Positions 20,542 through 30,304 of a stretch of DNA of 64,000 bases are shown piece after piece. The notes beneath the pieces are model-generated. The model saw nothing but the letters and a program-made list of their open reading frames with translations. It searched no databases and was not told where the DNA came from. Made by a program: the position numbers and the translations under genes. Location of the stretch: assembly GCA_022072165.1 (NCBI GenBank), contig JAJVIF010000001.1:1489353-1553352 (forward strand). The letters run 5' to 3'. Each line of letters starts with the position of its first letter. Positions within the stretch are counted from its first letter, which is position 1. The DNA is from a bacterium. Lineage in GTDB: Bacteria > JAJVIF01.

Positions 20542-21618
20542 GTGGCCAACCCCAGTAAGGCGATTGCGGCAAGCCTGCCGGTCCTCCTGCGCTGTCGGAC
20601 AGGTCGGGAGCAGGCTGCAGTCAGCGCCTGGTCCCGGCTGCTCCTGGTCGGAGTGCTGCTCTTCACGACGACCTGTGTTGGGACGCTGGGCCATATGCTG
20701 CTGGGTGGTCACTCGGCCTTCGATTCGTTTTACTTCACGCTGATTACCCTCGCGGCAATCGGGTATGGCGAGCCGGAGAATGTCACCACCGCCGAGCGCA
20801 TTTTCAACACGGGCCTCATCGTCGTGGGCATTAGCCTCGTGGCGATGGCGACCGCGACGATTGTCCAGCTGATGCTCGAACTGGACCTCGATCCCCGGAG
20901 GCGCACCATGGAACGTGCGATCGCTGCCCTGGATGGGCACTACATTGTTTGCGGTGCCGGGAGGGTCGGACGGCACATCGTGCACGCACTGCAGCAGCGG
21001 AACACCAGCTATGTCGTGGTCGAAGCGGATCCGGACCTGTATCAGCAACTGCTCGAGCAGGAGGTGCTGGTGATTCGGGGGGATGCGACGCAGGACGCGG
21101 TCCTCATCCAGGCCGGGGTCTCCAAAGCCCGGGGACTGCTGGCGGCGGTCGGCGACCACGCCGTTAATGCGTTCATTGTCCTGACCGGCAAAGCGCTGAA
21201 CCCGGGATTGCATATTGTGGCCCGTGCCGACGATGAGGGGGATGAGCTGAAGATGCGGAAGGTGGGCGCGGACAAGGTCATCTTCCCCACGCGACTCGGT
21301 TCCCTCGCGATGGCGAATGCCCTCACGCGACCGGCGGTCGCCAGCTATCTGGAATGGGCCATTGCGCTGGATGGGGTCGACCTGGAAATGGACGAAATCA
21401 CCATTGCCGGGGAAAGCCAGATGGTGGGGCAGACCCTGGCCGACGCGAACCTGCGGGCCGCCTTCCAGGTGACCGTGATCGCGGTGCGACGGGCTGATGG
21501 CACGGTGGTCTACAACCCCGGCGCAGACACCCGTATTGCCGGCGATGATGTCTGGATTGTGGTGGGGAAACCGCAAGAGCTGCTGCAGCTGCGGTCCCAG
21601 GCGGCGCTGGTCCGCTAG
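20542..21618 (+). CDS. K+ channel with RCK (TrkA-N/TrkA-C) gating domains
   Basis: Selectivity filter 'TLAAIGYGE'. Rossmann 'IVCGAGRVGRHIV'. C-terminal TrkA-C-like region. Confidence 0.8.
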   Translation: MANPSKAIAASLPVLLRCRTGREQAAVSAWSRLLLVGVLLFTTTCVGTLGHMLLGGHSAFDSFYFTLITLAAIGYGEPENVTTAERIFNTGLIVVGISLVAMATATIVQLMLELDLDPRRRTMERAIAALDGHYIVCGAGRVGRHIVHALQQRNTSYVVVEADPDLYQQLLEQEVLVIRGDATQDAVLIQAGVSKARGLLAAVGDHAVNAFIVLTGKALNPGLHIVARADDEGDELKMRKVGADKVIFPTRLGSLAMANALTRPAVASYLEWAIALDGVDLEMDEITIAGESQMVGQTLADANLRAAFQVTVIAVRRADGTVVYNPGADTRIAGDDVWIVVGKPQELLQLRSQAALVR

Positions 21619-21654
21619 CACCTCCAGCTCACAAACCCAGTGCCAGGTGACAAC

Positions 21655-21683
21655 AAAAACTCCCGCCGGCGCCCGGCGGGAGT
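21655..21683 (-). terminator. Rho-independent terminator downstream of the Lys/Ala-repeat gene
   Basis: Perfect 10-bp stem CTCCCGCCGG/CCGGCGGGAG with loop CGC, followed on the minus strand by TTTTT. Confidence 0.7.
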
Positions 21684-21724
21684 GGGGAGTGTGTCCTGCC
21701 CATCGGGCAGGGCAGCCTCCGTGA

Positions 21725-22207
21725 CTACTTCTTGGCCGCAGACTTCTTGGCGGCGGCGGGCTTGGCAGCCGGCTTCTTGGCGGCGGCGGGCTTCGCAGCG
21801 GTCGCCTTCTTGACGGCCGGCTTCGCAGCCGTGGTCTTCTTGGCGGCGGGCTTGGCAGCCGTGGTCTTCTTGGCGGCGGCGGGCTTCGCAGCAGTCGCCT
21901 TCTTGACGGCCGGCTTCGCAGCCGTGGTCTTCTTGGCGGCGGCGGGCTTCGCAGCGGTCGCCTTCTTGACGGCGGGCTTCGCAGCCGCAGCCTTCTTGGG
22001 GGCGGCCGGCTTGGCAGCCGTGGTCTTCTTGGCGGCGGCCGGCTTCGCAGCGGCAGCCTTCTTGGGAGCGGCCGGCTTTGCAGCGGTCGCCTTCTTGGCG
22101 GCGGCGGGCTTGGCGGCGGTCGCCTTCTTGGCGGCCGGCTTCGCAGCCGTCGTCTTCTTGGCAGCAGCCGCGGGCTTCTTGGCCGCAGCCGGCTTAGGAG
22201 TAGCCAT
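21725..22207 (-). CDS. Histone H1-like Lys/Ala/Pro-repeat DNA-binding protein (AlgP/BpH1-like)
   Basis: 160 aa made almost entirely of ~21-aa repeats 'AAKPAAKKATAAKPAAAKKTT'. GGAGG RBS 8 nt upstream of ATG. Terminator just downstream. The overlapping R/P-rich 633-aa same-strand ORF and the plus-strand A/G/F ORF are frame artefacts of the same repeats. Confidence 0.65.
   Translation of the reverse strand: MATPKPAAAKKPAAAAKKTTAAKPAAKKATAAKPAAAKKATAAKPAAPKKAAAAKPAAAKKTTAAKPAAPKKAAAAKPAVKKATAAKPAAAKKTTAAKPAVKKATAAKPAAAKKTTAAKPAAKKTTAAKPAVKKATAAKPAAAKKPAAKPAAAKKSAAKK
21725..22207. repeat. ~63-bp imperfect tandem repeat array (about 7 units) encoding the KAAP repeats
   Basis: Recurring units …ggcttcgcagcggtcgccttcttgacggccggcttcgcagccgtggtcttcttggcggcggcg… are visible directly in the sequence. 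Confidence 0.8.
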
Positions 22208-22558
22208 GATTGAGTCCTCCGTGGTGGTCCCGCCAGGGGATCACCGGGTGTCATAAAAGGTGCTCGAACTGGTCGTCCCTTATCAGGACTCCCGGGAGCA
22301 GGGATCTGGCCTGCTCCCGCGAACCCTGACTTTGTCCCCGCTGCGTTCCATAATCTCCGCGAGCCAATAGTTGTGGTGCGGAATTCTGTGCAGCTTTGGA
22401 GCGTCTGGTGATACACCGGTGGGGAGAACGGTGGATGGTTCTCCCCCGATAGTCACCATAACGCGTAAATCTTACCGGCAGTTGATACACCACTGCAAGA
22501 ATGGCGCACCAACTTTCTGGACATCCCCCCACCCCCGTACGACTCCGCTGAGCGGGGG

Positions 22559-23053
22559 TCAGTCCTCCTGGTGCTGACTCTTGCGGACCCGATCCATCTC
22601 GCGCGCGGCATCCCGGGAGGCGATGACATCGCGACGCTCATACTGCCGTCGCCCCTTGCAGAGACCGATCTCGAGCTTCACCCGCCCCTCCTTGAAGTAC
22701 ATCCGCAGCGGGATCAGGGTCAGGCCCTTCTCGAGGGTCTTCTGCCGGAGCTTCAGGATTTCCCGCTTATGGACCAGCAGCTTGCGCGGACGTCGGGGGG
22801 CTTCCGCTGCCCGATCCGTGTTGAAGGCGTAAGCCGAGATCTTCATCCCATGGACCCAGAGCTCGCCCCGCTCCACTTTGGCGTAGGCATCCTGCAGATC
22901 CCCGCCCCCGGACCGCAACGACTTCACTTCTGCACCGGTTAGGACGATGCCCGCCTCCAGCGTTTCGAGGATGTCGAAGTTGTGGTACGCCTTTTTGTTC
23001 CGATAGTCCTGGGTCCCCTGGTCGCCGGGGCCTTTGCCTGCAGGTTTTGCCAT
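22559..23053 (-). CDS. smpB: SsrA-binding protein SmpB
   Basis: 'KKAYHNFDILETLEAGIVLTGAEVKSLRSG…AYAKVERGELWVHGMKISAY…LLVHKREILKL…LIPLRMYFKEGRVKLEIGLCKGRRQYERRDV' is the canonical SmpB sequence. Confidence 0.9.
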   Translation of the reverse strand: MAKPAGKGPGDQGTQDYRNKKAYHNFDILETLEAGIVLTGAEVKSLRSGGGDLQDAYAKVERGELWVHGMKISAYAFNTDRAAEAPRRPRKLLVHKREILKLRQKTLEKGLTLIPLRMYFKEGRVKLEIGLCKGRRQYERRDVIASRDAAREMDRVRKSQHQED

Positions 23054-23071
23054 CGCCGGTCACCGGAGGGG

Positions 23072-23437
23072 CTACCCCTCGCTCCCTCCACGGGACTGCC
23101 GGGGCGGGGCGGGGCAACAGAGCCAGACCACGCTGGCACAGACAATCCAGTAGATGGTCACCAGGAGCCAGTCGGTCTGTCCGGTGCTGCCATCGCGAAA
23201 GTCCCAGTACCCGTAGCCCGCCAGGTAGTACCCCACCGCCACCACGAGGGTCCAGAGGCCAAAGAGGGGCCAGGATTTCACCTCGCGATCCAGAGTCGTG
23301 AAGCGTCGCAGGACATCGAGCTGCCCGCTGCCCCGTGCGGTGTCATAGGCGGCCTGACGCTCCGCGGCCCATTGATCCGCGTGCGGAGTATCAGCATCCC
23401 GACGATCTGCGCTGATGGATGTGCCGGACTCGTGCAT
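23072..23437 (-). CDS. Hypothetical small membrane protein
   Basis: Two predicted TM helices 'LFGLWTLVVAVGYYLAGYGYW' and 'LLVTIYWIVCASVVWLCC'. No family recognised. Confidence 0.4.
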   Translation of the reverse strand: MHESGTSISADRRDADTPHADQWAAERQAAYDTARGSGQLDVLRRFTTLDREVKSWPLFGLWTLVVAVGYYLAGYGYWDFRDGSTGQTDWLLVTIYWIVCASVVWLCCPAPPRQSRGGSEG

Positions 23438-23497
23438 ACCGACATTAGTATAGCCGGGTCACACTGCAATCGTGTGCCGCTCAGCCGTGTTCGTCAC

Positions 23498-24664
23498 TCA
23501 CACGCTGGCCGATGATTCCGCATCGTGCAGATAGTGACGCGCGATGCGCGGACCGAGCAGACTCAGGGGCTCGTACGCCACCATGCCGGCCCAGTCCGCG
23601 AGTTCCTGCAGCTGAATCTGCTCCTGCCCCTGGGTCCCCAGCAGCACGACTTCATCTCCCACACTCACCGGCACGCCGGGCGGCACCCGAATCGCCGTGA
23701 AGTCCATGCTGACCTGGCCGGTCACGCGCGCCCGATGTCCCCGCACCACCACCCGGGCGCGATCCGAGAACGCGGTCACATAGCCATCGGCATACCCAAT
23801 CGGCAGCAGCGCGATGGTCTCGGCTTCCGCCGCGACAAACCGATGTCCATAGCCAACCCCGGTCCCGGCGGGGATCTGTTTCACATCCACGACCCGGGAC
23901 TTCAGCGTCAGCACCGGTCGCAGGTCAAGCGTCCGGGGTACTGATGGCGCCGGGAGACCGCCATACAGCGCGATGCCGACCCGGACCATGTCAGCGTGTG
24001 TCTGCGGGTAGTTGATGACCGCCGCGGTGTTCGCCGCATGAAGGGTCACCTGCGCCATGACCTTCCGCATCGGCTGCAGGAGTCGCTCGAACTCGTGCCA
24101 TTGGGCGATGGTGGCGAGCTGCGCCGGCAGGTCGGCGGAATGGAAGTGGGTGTAGATCCCGCGACAGGTCACTTCCGGATGCGCCATCGCCTCGTAGAGG
24201 ACTTCCTGGGCCGCGGTGAGGGGCGCCCCGAGCCGGGTCATTCCCGTGTCGACCTTCACGTGGACCCGGGCCGGGAGTCCGACCTGTCGCGCCGCTTCCC
24301 TGAGGGCACGAATCTGGTCTGTGCGTCCCACGGTCTGGAGGATGCCGTGGGCGATGAGGTCCGCGCTGACCGCCGGGTCGCTATACCCCAGGACCAGGAT
24401 GTCGCCGGTGATGCCGGCGGCCCGGAGGCGGAGGGCTTCTTCCAGGCTCGCAACCCCGAAGCGGGTCACACCTTCCCGGAACAGGGCCCGGGCGATCTGC
24501 TCCATGCCATGCCCATAAGCGTTGGCTTTGACCACCGCCATCAGCGCGGTGCCGGGACGGAGGATCGACTGCACCTGCCCGGCGTTGTGACGCAGGGCGG
24601 CGAGGTCGATTTCCGCCCAGACCGGCCGGGCCGCATGTGCGGGGAGAGTCATGCCGGGACTCAT
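23498..24664 (-). CDS. alr: Alanine racemase
   Basis: PLP-lysine motif 'LMAVVKANAYGHGMEQIARAL'. C-terminal 'RVSMDFTAIRVP'. Start chosen at internal ATG 24664 ('MSPGMTLPAH…'). The track ORF runs further upstream with no support. Confidence 0.85.
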   Translation of the reverse strand: MSPGMTLPAHAARPVWAEIDLAALRHNAGQVQSILRPGTALMAVVKANAYGHGMEQIARALFREGVTRFGVASLEEALRLRAAGITGDILVLGYSDPAVSADLIAHGILQTVGRTDQIRALREAARQVGLPARVHVKVDTGMTRLGAPLTAAQEVLYEAMAHPEVTCRGIYTHFHSADLPAQLATIAQWHEFERLLQPMRKVMAQVTLHAANTAAVINYPQTHADMVRVGIALYGGLPAPSVPRTLDLRPVLTLKSRVVDVKQIPAGTGVGYGHRFVAAEAETIALLPIGYADGYVTAFSDRARVVVRGHRARVTGQVSMDFTAIRVPPGVPVSVGDEVVLLGTQGQEQIQLQELADWAGMVAYEPLSLLGPRIARHYLHDAESSASV

Positions 24665-24928
24665 CGTACCCTCCCCTATGCCAAACCGGCTCCGGGGCGA
24701 TACCCGAAGCCGGTGAACCTGGGCCCAGTGACGAGCGCGTGGAGCGTAGCGGACCGGATGGGCCGTCTGCGCCTGCTTGCGGTGGCTGCACCCACCGGCA
24801 GTGTGTCTCTTTAGATGCCAGCCTCCGGCTTTTCGTACGGAATCGTGGCAGGTCCTGGAGATACAGGACATCCCCCGTCGCCGGGGGATGCGCTCTCGCA
24901 ATCGGGATAAAAGTCTGGCTGCGGGGAG

Positions 24929-25204
24929 TTATCCCAGTGTGCCATTTCGTGGCAGGGGATCATCCTCATCGCGGTCCTGCGCGGGGAGTCGACGCTCCAG
25001 AGCGCGGAGGGTGGCGACCGACGCCTGGGATGCATCCTGATTGGCACGCTGGACCTGTTCCAGCAACTCGTGCCGCAGGATGCTGACCTCGCGGGGCGCG
25101 TTGATGCCGACTTTGACGACATCCCCCCGGACATCGACGATGGTGATCTCGATATCCTTGCCGATGAGGATCTTTTCGTTGGTTTTGCGGGAGAGGACGA
25201 GCAT
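24929..25204 (-). CDS. csrA: Carbon storage regulator CsrA (flagellar FliW-partnered type)
   Basis: '[47 protein letters not shown]' is canonical CsrA. Located directly after fliW. Confidence 0.9.
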   Translation of the reverse strand: MLVLSRKTNEKILIGKDIEITIVDVRGDVVKVGINAPREVSILRHELLEQVQRANQDASQASVATLRALERRLPAQDRDEDDPLPRNGTLG

Positions 25205-25225
25205 GACGGGCCTTTCCTTAGGCGC

Positions 25226-25738
25226 TCACTGGTCGCTGGCTGCCGCAGCCCGCCAGGCCTCGAGGGCTGGCAGGAGGGGCACCGCAATCCGGTGGTCGCT
25301 CCGTTCACAGATGAGCTGCCACGCCTCTCTGGCAACGGGGTCCAGGACGAGGGGGGCGAGCAGATTCACCGTGATGTGCTCTGGCTGCTGGGGGGGGACT
25401 GTCACTACACAGAGTGCGTGCAGTTCCGTGCGTCCCCCCAGCTGCAGCCGCAGCACATCCGACTCGTCCACTTCGATGCCAAAGTCCGGAAAAATCGTAG
25501 CCGGTTGCAGCAACGGAAAGGCAAGTTCCGGTTCCTGGGCGCTTTGCCACCAGTAAAAGAGACTCCCCGGCTCCGGGGCGATCAGGACAAACCGCGCCAG
25601 ATCCGGAAAGCCGTGCATCCCCTCGGGCATGGCGTAGATCTCCTCATGGGGGACCGTCAGCACCCCGAAGCGGGTGGTGGGAATGGTCGCCGCCGGGGGT
25701 GGGGTCACCACCGGAACGGTTACACGAACGACGGACAT
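25226..25738 (-). CDS. fliW: Flagellar assembly factor FliW
   Basis: 'FGVLTVPHEEIYAMPEGMHGFPDLARFVLI…FYWWQS' is a DUF180/FliW signature. Sits between flgL and csrA as in Bacillus. Confidence 0.85.
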   Translation of the reverse strand: MSVVRVTVPVVTPPPAATIPTTRFGVLTVPHEEIYAMPEGMHGFPDLARFVLIAPEPGSLFYWWQSAQEPELAFPLLQPATIFPDFGIEVDESDVLRLQLGGRTELHALCVVTVPPQQPEHITVNLLAPLVLDPVAREAWQLICERSDHRIAVPLLPALEAWRAAAASDQ

Positions 25739-25755
25739 AGCGCCTCCCTGTGTCG

Positions 25756-28479
25756 CTAACGCAGGAAACTGATGAGACTGGGTTGCAGGACTCTGGCACC
25801 GACCTGGAGGGCGGCCTCCAGCGTCGCCTGATCGGCAGAGAGCTTCGTGATGACCTCGGCGATGTTGACCGCCTCCAGGCTGGCCCGCAGGCCCTGCAGA
25901 TTCGCCGTGCTGTCGATGAGGACGGAAGTCGTAAGTTGCAGACGATTGCTGCGGGCACCCACCAGCGACTCAATGGCCAGGACGTTTTCCAGATCGAGAT
26001 CGAGCTTCGCCAGCTCACTGGTATTGGCACGCTCGGCCCGACGGGGGTCGAGCATCGCTCCGCTGCGCAACTCGGTCCTGATCGGCAGGGTGCCTGGCAG
26101 CTCGCCAAAAATCTGGTTGAAGACGGTCCGTGGCTGCCCCTGAGGGGCGGCTGCTGTGATCGCAAAGTTGGTGATCGCGCCCAGCCCCGTGTTCTGAATG
26201 CTCAGTCGTCCATCGCGACCCAGGCTGACGATAGCCTGACTCCCCAGGATGCGTCCGATTTCATCGGCCACACTTCCCAGAGTCTCGCCCGCCCGATGCT
26301 GGAACGAGTAAGTCTGACCATTCGCCGTCACGGTGATGAGATCGTTGTCAAAGAGCCCCAGGGGCTCGCCGGACACGGTCGTGAGTTCCTTGGCGATAGC
26401 CGACCGGTCGGCGATGTCGAGGAGGGAATCACGGAGCCCCATCAAGTCGCGGAACAGATTGCGGGGAGCCTGCTCGGTCCCCTCCCCCGGCGCGACTCCA
26501 GCCCCTTCAAGCGCACTGAAAGTGCCGAAGCCGAGGTCCGCCAGCAGATCGCCCCCCAGGATCAGATCACCAGCGTGATACTGGCTTCCCTCGCCCACAG
26601 TCCGCAGCACGATGGGGCTGTTCGGTGCCAGGGTCTGGGTTTCAAAGATCACTTGGCCTGCCGCTTCCGGCTGCTGGATCAGGGCATTGTTAAGCGCGGC
26701 GGCGACTGCCTGACTGTTTGGATAACTCCCGAGGGCCATCACGAAACTTAAGGGTCCGGTCTGGATGCCGCTCTTCGACACCGATGGCCCCAGGTCGAGG
26801 GTGAAGCCCCGGAACGTGGGAGTCGTGGTCAGGGGCAGGGTCGGCGCAGCCCCACCAGTGAGGCTGGCAGCGCGGTCGGTGAAGCCGCCGAACGACGCCA
26901 GGACACCGGGGATGAGATCGACCAGGGCCAGTTGCGACGTGTCGATCTGCCCCCCACGGGTGGTGGTCTCGAACTCCAGTCGCCCATCGACCAGCCGGAC
27001 TTCTACCGCGCCCCGGAGTCGGACATCGGCCCGAATCTGGGCATTGATTTCGTTCACCAGGTCCGAGAGGCTGCCGGTATTCGCGGCCCGCAGGTCGATT
27101 TCGATGGGACCCTGTTCCAGCCCTGAGGGTGTGACCAGCGGTCCCAGGTCAATGGCGAAACGATCGGTCCCATCGGTCCCGACAATCGAGGCGTTGGTGA
27201 GGGCGGCTGGTCCAGGACCCGCCACCAGATTAAGTGTCGCGCTGTCCGCCGCCGTATCGACCTGCCCATCGATGGTCCCGCCGACCTGGAGGTCCGCCAG
27301 GCCGATGCTGGCACCATTGCGCCAGGTCCGGAGCTCCAGTGTGCCGCCAAGGTCATTGACGATGATCTTGCGCGGTCCGAAAGTCAGATCGATCTGCTCC
27401 TGGATAGCAGTCGCCAGGTCTGCCGTGGAGGCATAGATGCCGTGGGGGATCCGGATGGTCCGGGAAAGCGCGGTCCCCTCATTGGCGTTCGGTCCAAGAT
27501 GGAGATTCAGAATGTCGTTGTCGCCGGTGATCTCCAGATTTACTACCGGACCCGCCGCATTGAAGATGGCCGGCGTGCTGTCGATCAGCGGCAGGGTGCC
27601 ACCAGCCACCGGGTCCTGTGCGTGGGTGTAAGCCCCCCGGAGGCTCAGTCCCAATGCCTGCAGGAGGCGTCCACCCTGGTTGTCGGCGAAGGTGACGCCC
27701 TTCACGGCGTAGTCCGACACGACTTCCAGCGTGCCGCTACGAATGCGGGCTGATGCGCCCAACCCCGTAGTGAGATTGATCCGGCGCTCGAAGTCCCGTA
27801 GGGTGTCGCGGGGACCGACCGGAATGTCGGTGTCGTTCAGACGGAGGGTGCCGCTGAAGCCCAGGGGCGTACTGACCGGCAACGGCTTCCCGGTCCGTCC
27901 GGCGGTCTGCTCCAGGAAAATCTCATCGCCGGTGAAGTTGATGCCGAAGCGGGAATTCGCTCCGACTCGTCGCGCCAGCGACTGCTGATTCCCGCTGTAA
28001 AGGATGTCTTCGACCTGGCCATCGGAGAGCGCATCGAACAGATCAAACGGCCGGGTAAGGGTCTCGGTTCCGGCGAAGAGATAGCGTCCGCTGAGCTGAG
28101 AGTTCCCGGTGAGGACGAGGTCCCGCAGATACTGATCGAGCTGGCCGCCAATGGAAGCGCGGTCGGCCCGGTTGAGAGAGCCATTGGCTCCCTGGAGCGC
28201 CAAGGTCCGGCTTTCCCGGACGGTAGTCACAACACTCTGCAGTCGCTGGTCGAGAAAATCGATCTGAGTCAGCCCATCGGTGATGCTCGCCTGGTACTGG
28301 GTGATCGCCGTGAGCTGGGTCCGATAGCCCAGGATCCGATTGATGTCGAGGGGACTGTCCGAGGGACGCTGAAAGTTCAGACCGGTGGTGAGCCGGATCT
28401 GATTCTGCTCCAGTCGTCGGGCGACGATGTTCAGATTCCGGAGAAAAGTGCTGTTCAGGCTGAGTTGCGTGACCCGCAT
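25756..28479 (-). CDS. flgL: Flagellar hook-associated protein 3 FlgL (unusually long, 907 aa)
   Basis: Flagellin-like N-terminus 'MRVTQLSLNSTFLRNLNIVARRLEQNQIRLTTGLNFQRPSDSP'. C-terminus 'RSNRLQLTTSVLIDSTANLQGLRASLEAVNIAEVITKLSADQATLEAAL'. Large central insert. Confidence 0.85.
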   Translation of the reverse strand: MRVTQLSLNSTFLRNLNIVARRLEQNQIRLTTGLNFQRPSDSPLDINRILGYRTQLTAITQYQASITDGLTQIDFLDQRLQSVVTTVRESRTLALQGANGSLNRADRASIGGQLDQYLRDLVLTGNSQLSGRYLFAGTETLTRPFDLFDALSDGQVEDILYSGNQQSLARRVGANSRFGINFTGDEIFLEQTAGRTGKPLPVSTPLGFSGTLRLNDTDIPVGPRDTLRDFERRINLTTGLGASARIRSGTLEVVSDYAVKGVTFADNQGGRLLQALGLSLRGAYTHAQDPVAGGTLPLIDSTPAIFNAAGPVVNLEITGDNDILNLHLGPNANEGTALSRTIRIPHGIYASTADLATAIQEQIDLTFGPRKIIVNDLGGTLELRTWRNGASIGLADLQVGGTIDGQVDTAADSATLNLVAGPGPAALTNASIVGTDGTDRFAIDLGPLVTPSGLEQGPIEIDLRAANTGSLSDLVNEINAQIRADVRLRGAVEVRLVDGRLEFETTTRGGQIDTSQLALVDLIPGVLASFGGFTDRAASLTGGAAPTLPLTTTPTFRGFTLDLGPSVSKSGIQTGPLSFVMALGSYPNSQAVAAALNNALIQQPEAAGQVIFETQTLAPNSPIVLRTVGEGSQYHAGDLILGGDLLADLGFGTFSALEGAGVAPGEGTEQAPRNLFRDLMGLRDSLLDIADRSAIAKELTTVSGEPLGLFDNDLITVTANGQTYSFQHRAGETLGSVADEIGRILGSQAIVSLGRDGRLSIQNTGLGAITNFAITAAAPQGQPRTVFNQIFGELPGTLPIRTELRSGAMLDPRRAERANTSELAKLDLDLENVLAIESLVGARSNRLQLTTSVLIDSTANLQGLRASLEAVNIAEVITKLSADQATLEAALQVGARVLQPSLISFLR

Positions 28480-28490
28480 CTGATGACTCC

Positions 28491-30299
28491 TTAGCGGATC
28501 AGTCCGAGGATCGTGTCGTAGATCCCCTGGAGTGTGGTGACGATGCGTGCGCTGGCCTCGTAAGCCTTCTGGAACTTGATCAGTTCGACCGCTTCCTCAT
28601 CGAGATTGACCGCCGACACACTCTGGCGCAGGGCGTTCGCCTGATCGGTCAGGGCAGTCTGATTCTGGACCGCCCGCTGATTCGCCTGGGAGAGGGTGCC
28701 GAGGAGGCTGACGGTTGTGTTAAAGAAGCCGGCGAAGCTGCCGCCATCGCTGAAGAGATCCAGCCGGTCATCCAGGTCGGAGATGGCCAGCGCGCCCTGG
28801 TTGTCCCCGACTCCGGCAAACTCGCCGGGAATCAGCTCGCCGGCCGCAGCGATGAGTCCGGTGTCCTCCAGCAGGGGGCCATAGAGCGTCGTTTCGATCA
28901 TCGCGCCCCGATAGGTCGCCCGGGCGAGGGTGTCAACATTCGCGACTCCCGGTGTCGACATACCGAGGACTGTCAGGGCGTTGCTGGTGCCATTGCGGAC
29001 CGAAATTTCAGTCTCTTTGCCGGGTGGGTTGTAGAGATCGAAGCGGACAAACTGACCGGCAAAGTCATCGCTGATGACCGCCCGGACCTGCGACTGCCCC
29101 TGGTTAATCCGCTCCAGCAACTGCCCCAGCGTGATGCCCTCGTTGGGGTCAACATCGGCATCATTGAGCTGGAAGCTCCGGCCCTGCACTTCGAACGTCC
29201 CCGCCGTAATCCCGAGCGTGCCGATACGGGTCTCCGGTCCGACGCCCAGTGTGGGAAAGGCAGCAGCGAGGTCGACACTGCTCGTGCGGCGCTGCGTGAC
29301 GATCTCCTGGAAGAAGGGTCGACCGTTCACCCCATCGAGACCGTAGTGCTTGCGATGGGTGTAGTTGACGCGATTCACCAGCGCACTGGCGAGTTCGTTG
29401 AGTCGTCCTGCGATCCGCGGCAGCACCTCATCGCGCAATGTCAGAAAGCCCTTGAGCTGGCCTTCGGGGAGGGGCACTGTCGACCGGGTTTCCCGAATCC
29501 GCAGGGTGGGTCCCAGACTCGGGTCATTGGGATTCGGCAGGGTTTCCAGATGCAGCCCGCGGGTCTTGCTCACGATCTTGATGCCGGTGAGCTGGACATC
29601 GACCTGGCCGTTCCCCGACGGAACCGCCTGGACCGGCAGGATCTTTGCCAGGTCATCGATCAGGAGGTCGCGACGATCTGCGAGGTCGTTCGCCTGCTGG
29701 CCTGAAGCTTCGACTGCCGCGATCTGCCGGTTGAGGTCGGCGATCTGATCGATCAGCCCATTGGCTTCCCGGACCCGCCCTTCGATGAGGACATCCTGAT
29801 CCCGACGGAGGCGATCGATCTGCGCTGCAACATCCCGGAAGGTCCGGAGCAACGACTCGGTGTTCGTAATCAGCTGTGTACGGGCTGGTCGGGACTCCGG
29901 CGTGTTGGCAACATTGTTCCAGCCGGAGAAAAACTCTCCCATCAGCGTGCCGATGCCGGTGTCAGTCGGTTCGTTCAGCAGGGTTTCCAGCTGCGAGAAG
30001 ACCAGAGTCTGGCTCGTCACGGTCTCCAGGGCGCTTGACTGCCGACGGTAGATGCTGTCCAGAAACTCATCCCGCAGTCGGGAGATGCTGGTGACGATGG
30101 GTCCCTGACCGATCTGGCCAGGAATGGCGTTGAAGCCAGGATACGCCAGGGCGGGAGCGGGAATGACATTGGCCCGCTGCCGGGTGAAGCCGGGCGTGCC
30201 GGCGTTGGTGATGTTGTGCCCCGTGACATCCAGGCCCCGCTGAGCAGCCTGGAGCCCACGCACCGCTGTGTTGAGACCCATCCAGGTGGAGTAGACCAT
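28491..30299 (-). CDS. flgK: Flagellar hook-associated protein 1 FlgK
   Basis: 'MGLNTAVRGLQAAQRGLDVTGHNITNAGTPGFTRQ'. C-terminus 'VNLDEEAVELIKFQKAYEASARIVTTLQGIYDTILGL'. Confidence 0.9.
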   Translation of the reverse strand: MVYSTWMGLNTAVRGLQAAQRGLDVTGHNITNAGTPGFTRQRANVIPAPALAYPGFNAIPGQIGQGPIVTSISRLRDEFLDSIYRRQSSALETVTSQTLVFSQLETLLNEPTDTGIGTLMGEFFSGWNNVANTPESRPARTQLITNTESLLRTFRDVAAQIDRLRRDQDVLIEGRVREANGLIDQIADLNRQIAAVEASGQQANDLADRRDLLIDDLAKILPVQAVPSGNGQVDVQLTGIKIVSKTRGLHLETLPNPNDPSLGPTLRIRETRSTVPLPEGQLKGFLTLRDEVLPRIAGRLNELASALVNRVNYTHRKHYGLDGVNGRPFFQEIVTQRRTSSVDLAAAFPTLGVGPETRIGTLGITAGTFEVQGRSFQLNDADVDPNEGITLGQLLERINQGQSQVRAVISDDFAGQFVRFDLYNPPGKETEISVRNGTSNALTVLGMSTPGVANVDTLARATYRGAMIETTLYGPLLEDTGLIAAAGELIPGEFAGVGDNQGALAISDLDDRLDLFSDGGSFAGFFNTTVSLLGTLSQANQRAVQNQTALTDQANALRQSVSAVNLDEEAVELIKFQKAYEASARIVTTLQGIYDTILGLIR

Positions 30300-30304
30300 G
30301 TGCG

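Noticed and set aside
21725-22207. Possible CRISPR or repeat array
   Set aside because: The repeats are in-frame and coding (KAAP protein). There are no unique spacers and no cas genes.
20515-22416. 633-aa Arg/Pro-rich minus-strand ORF
   Set aside because: It is antisense to the well-supported K+ channel gene. It is an alternative frame of the KAAP repeat gene. Its composition is driven by GC-rich repeats, and it has no RBS or start support.
25750-26751. 333-aa plus-strand ORF, and other ORFs inside flgL/flgK
   Set aside because: They are antisense to the flgL and flgK genes.
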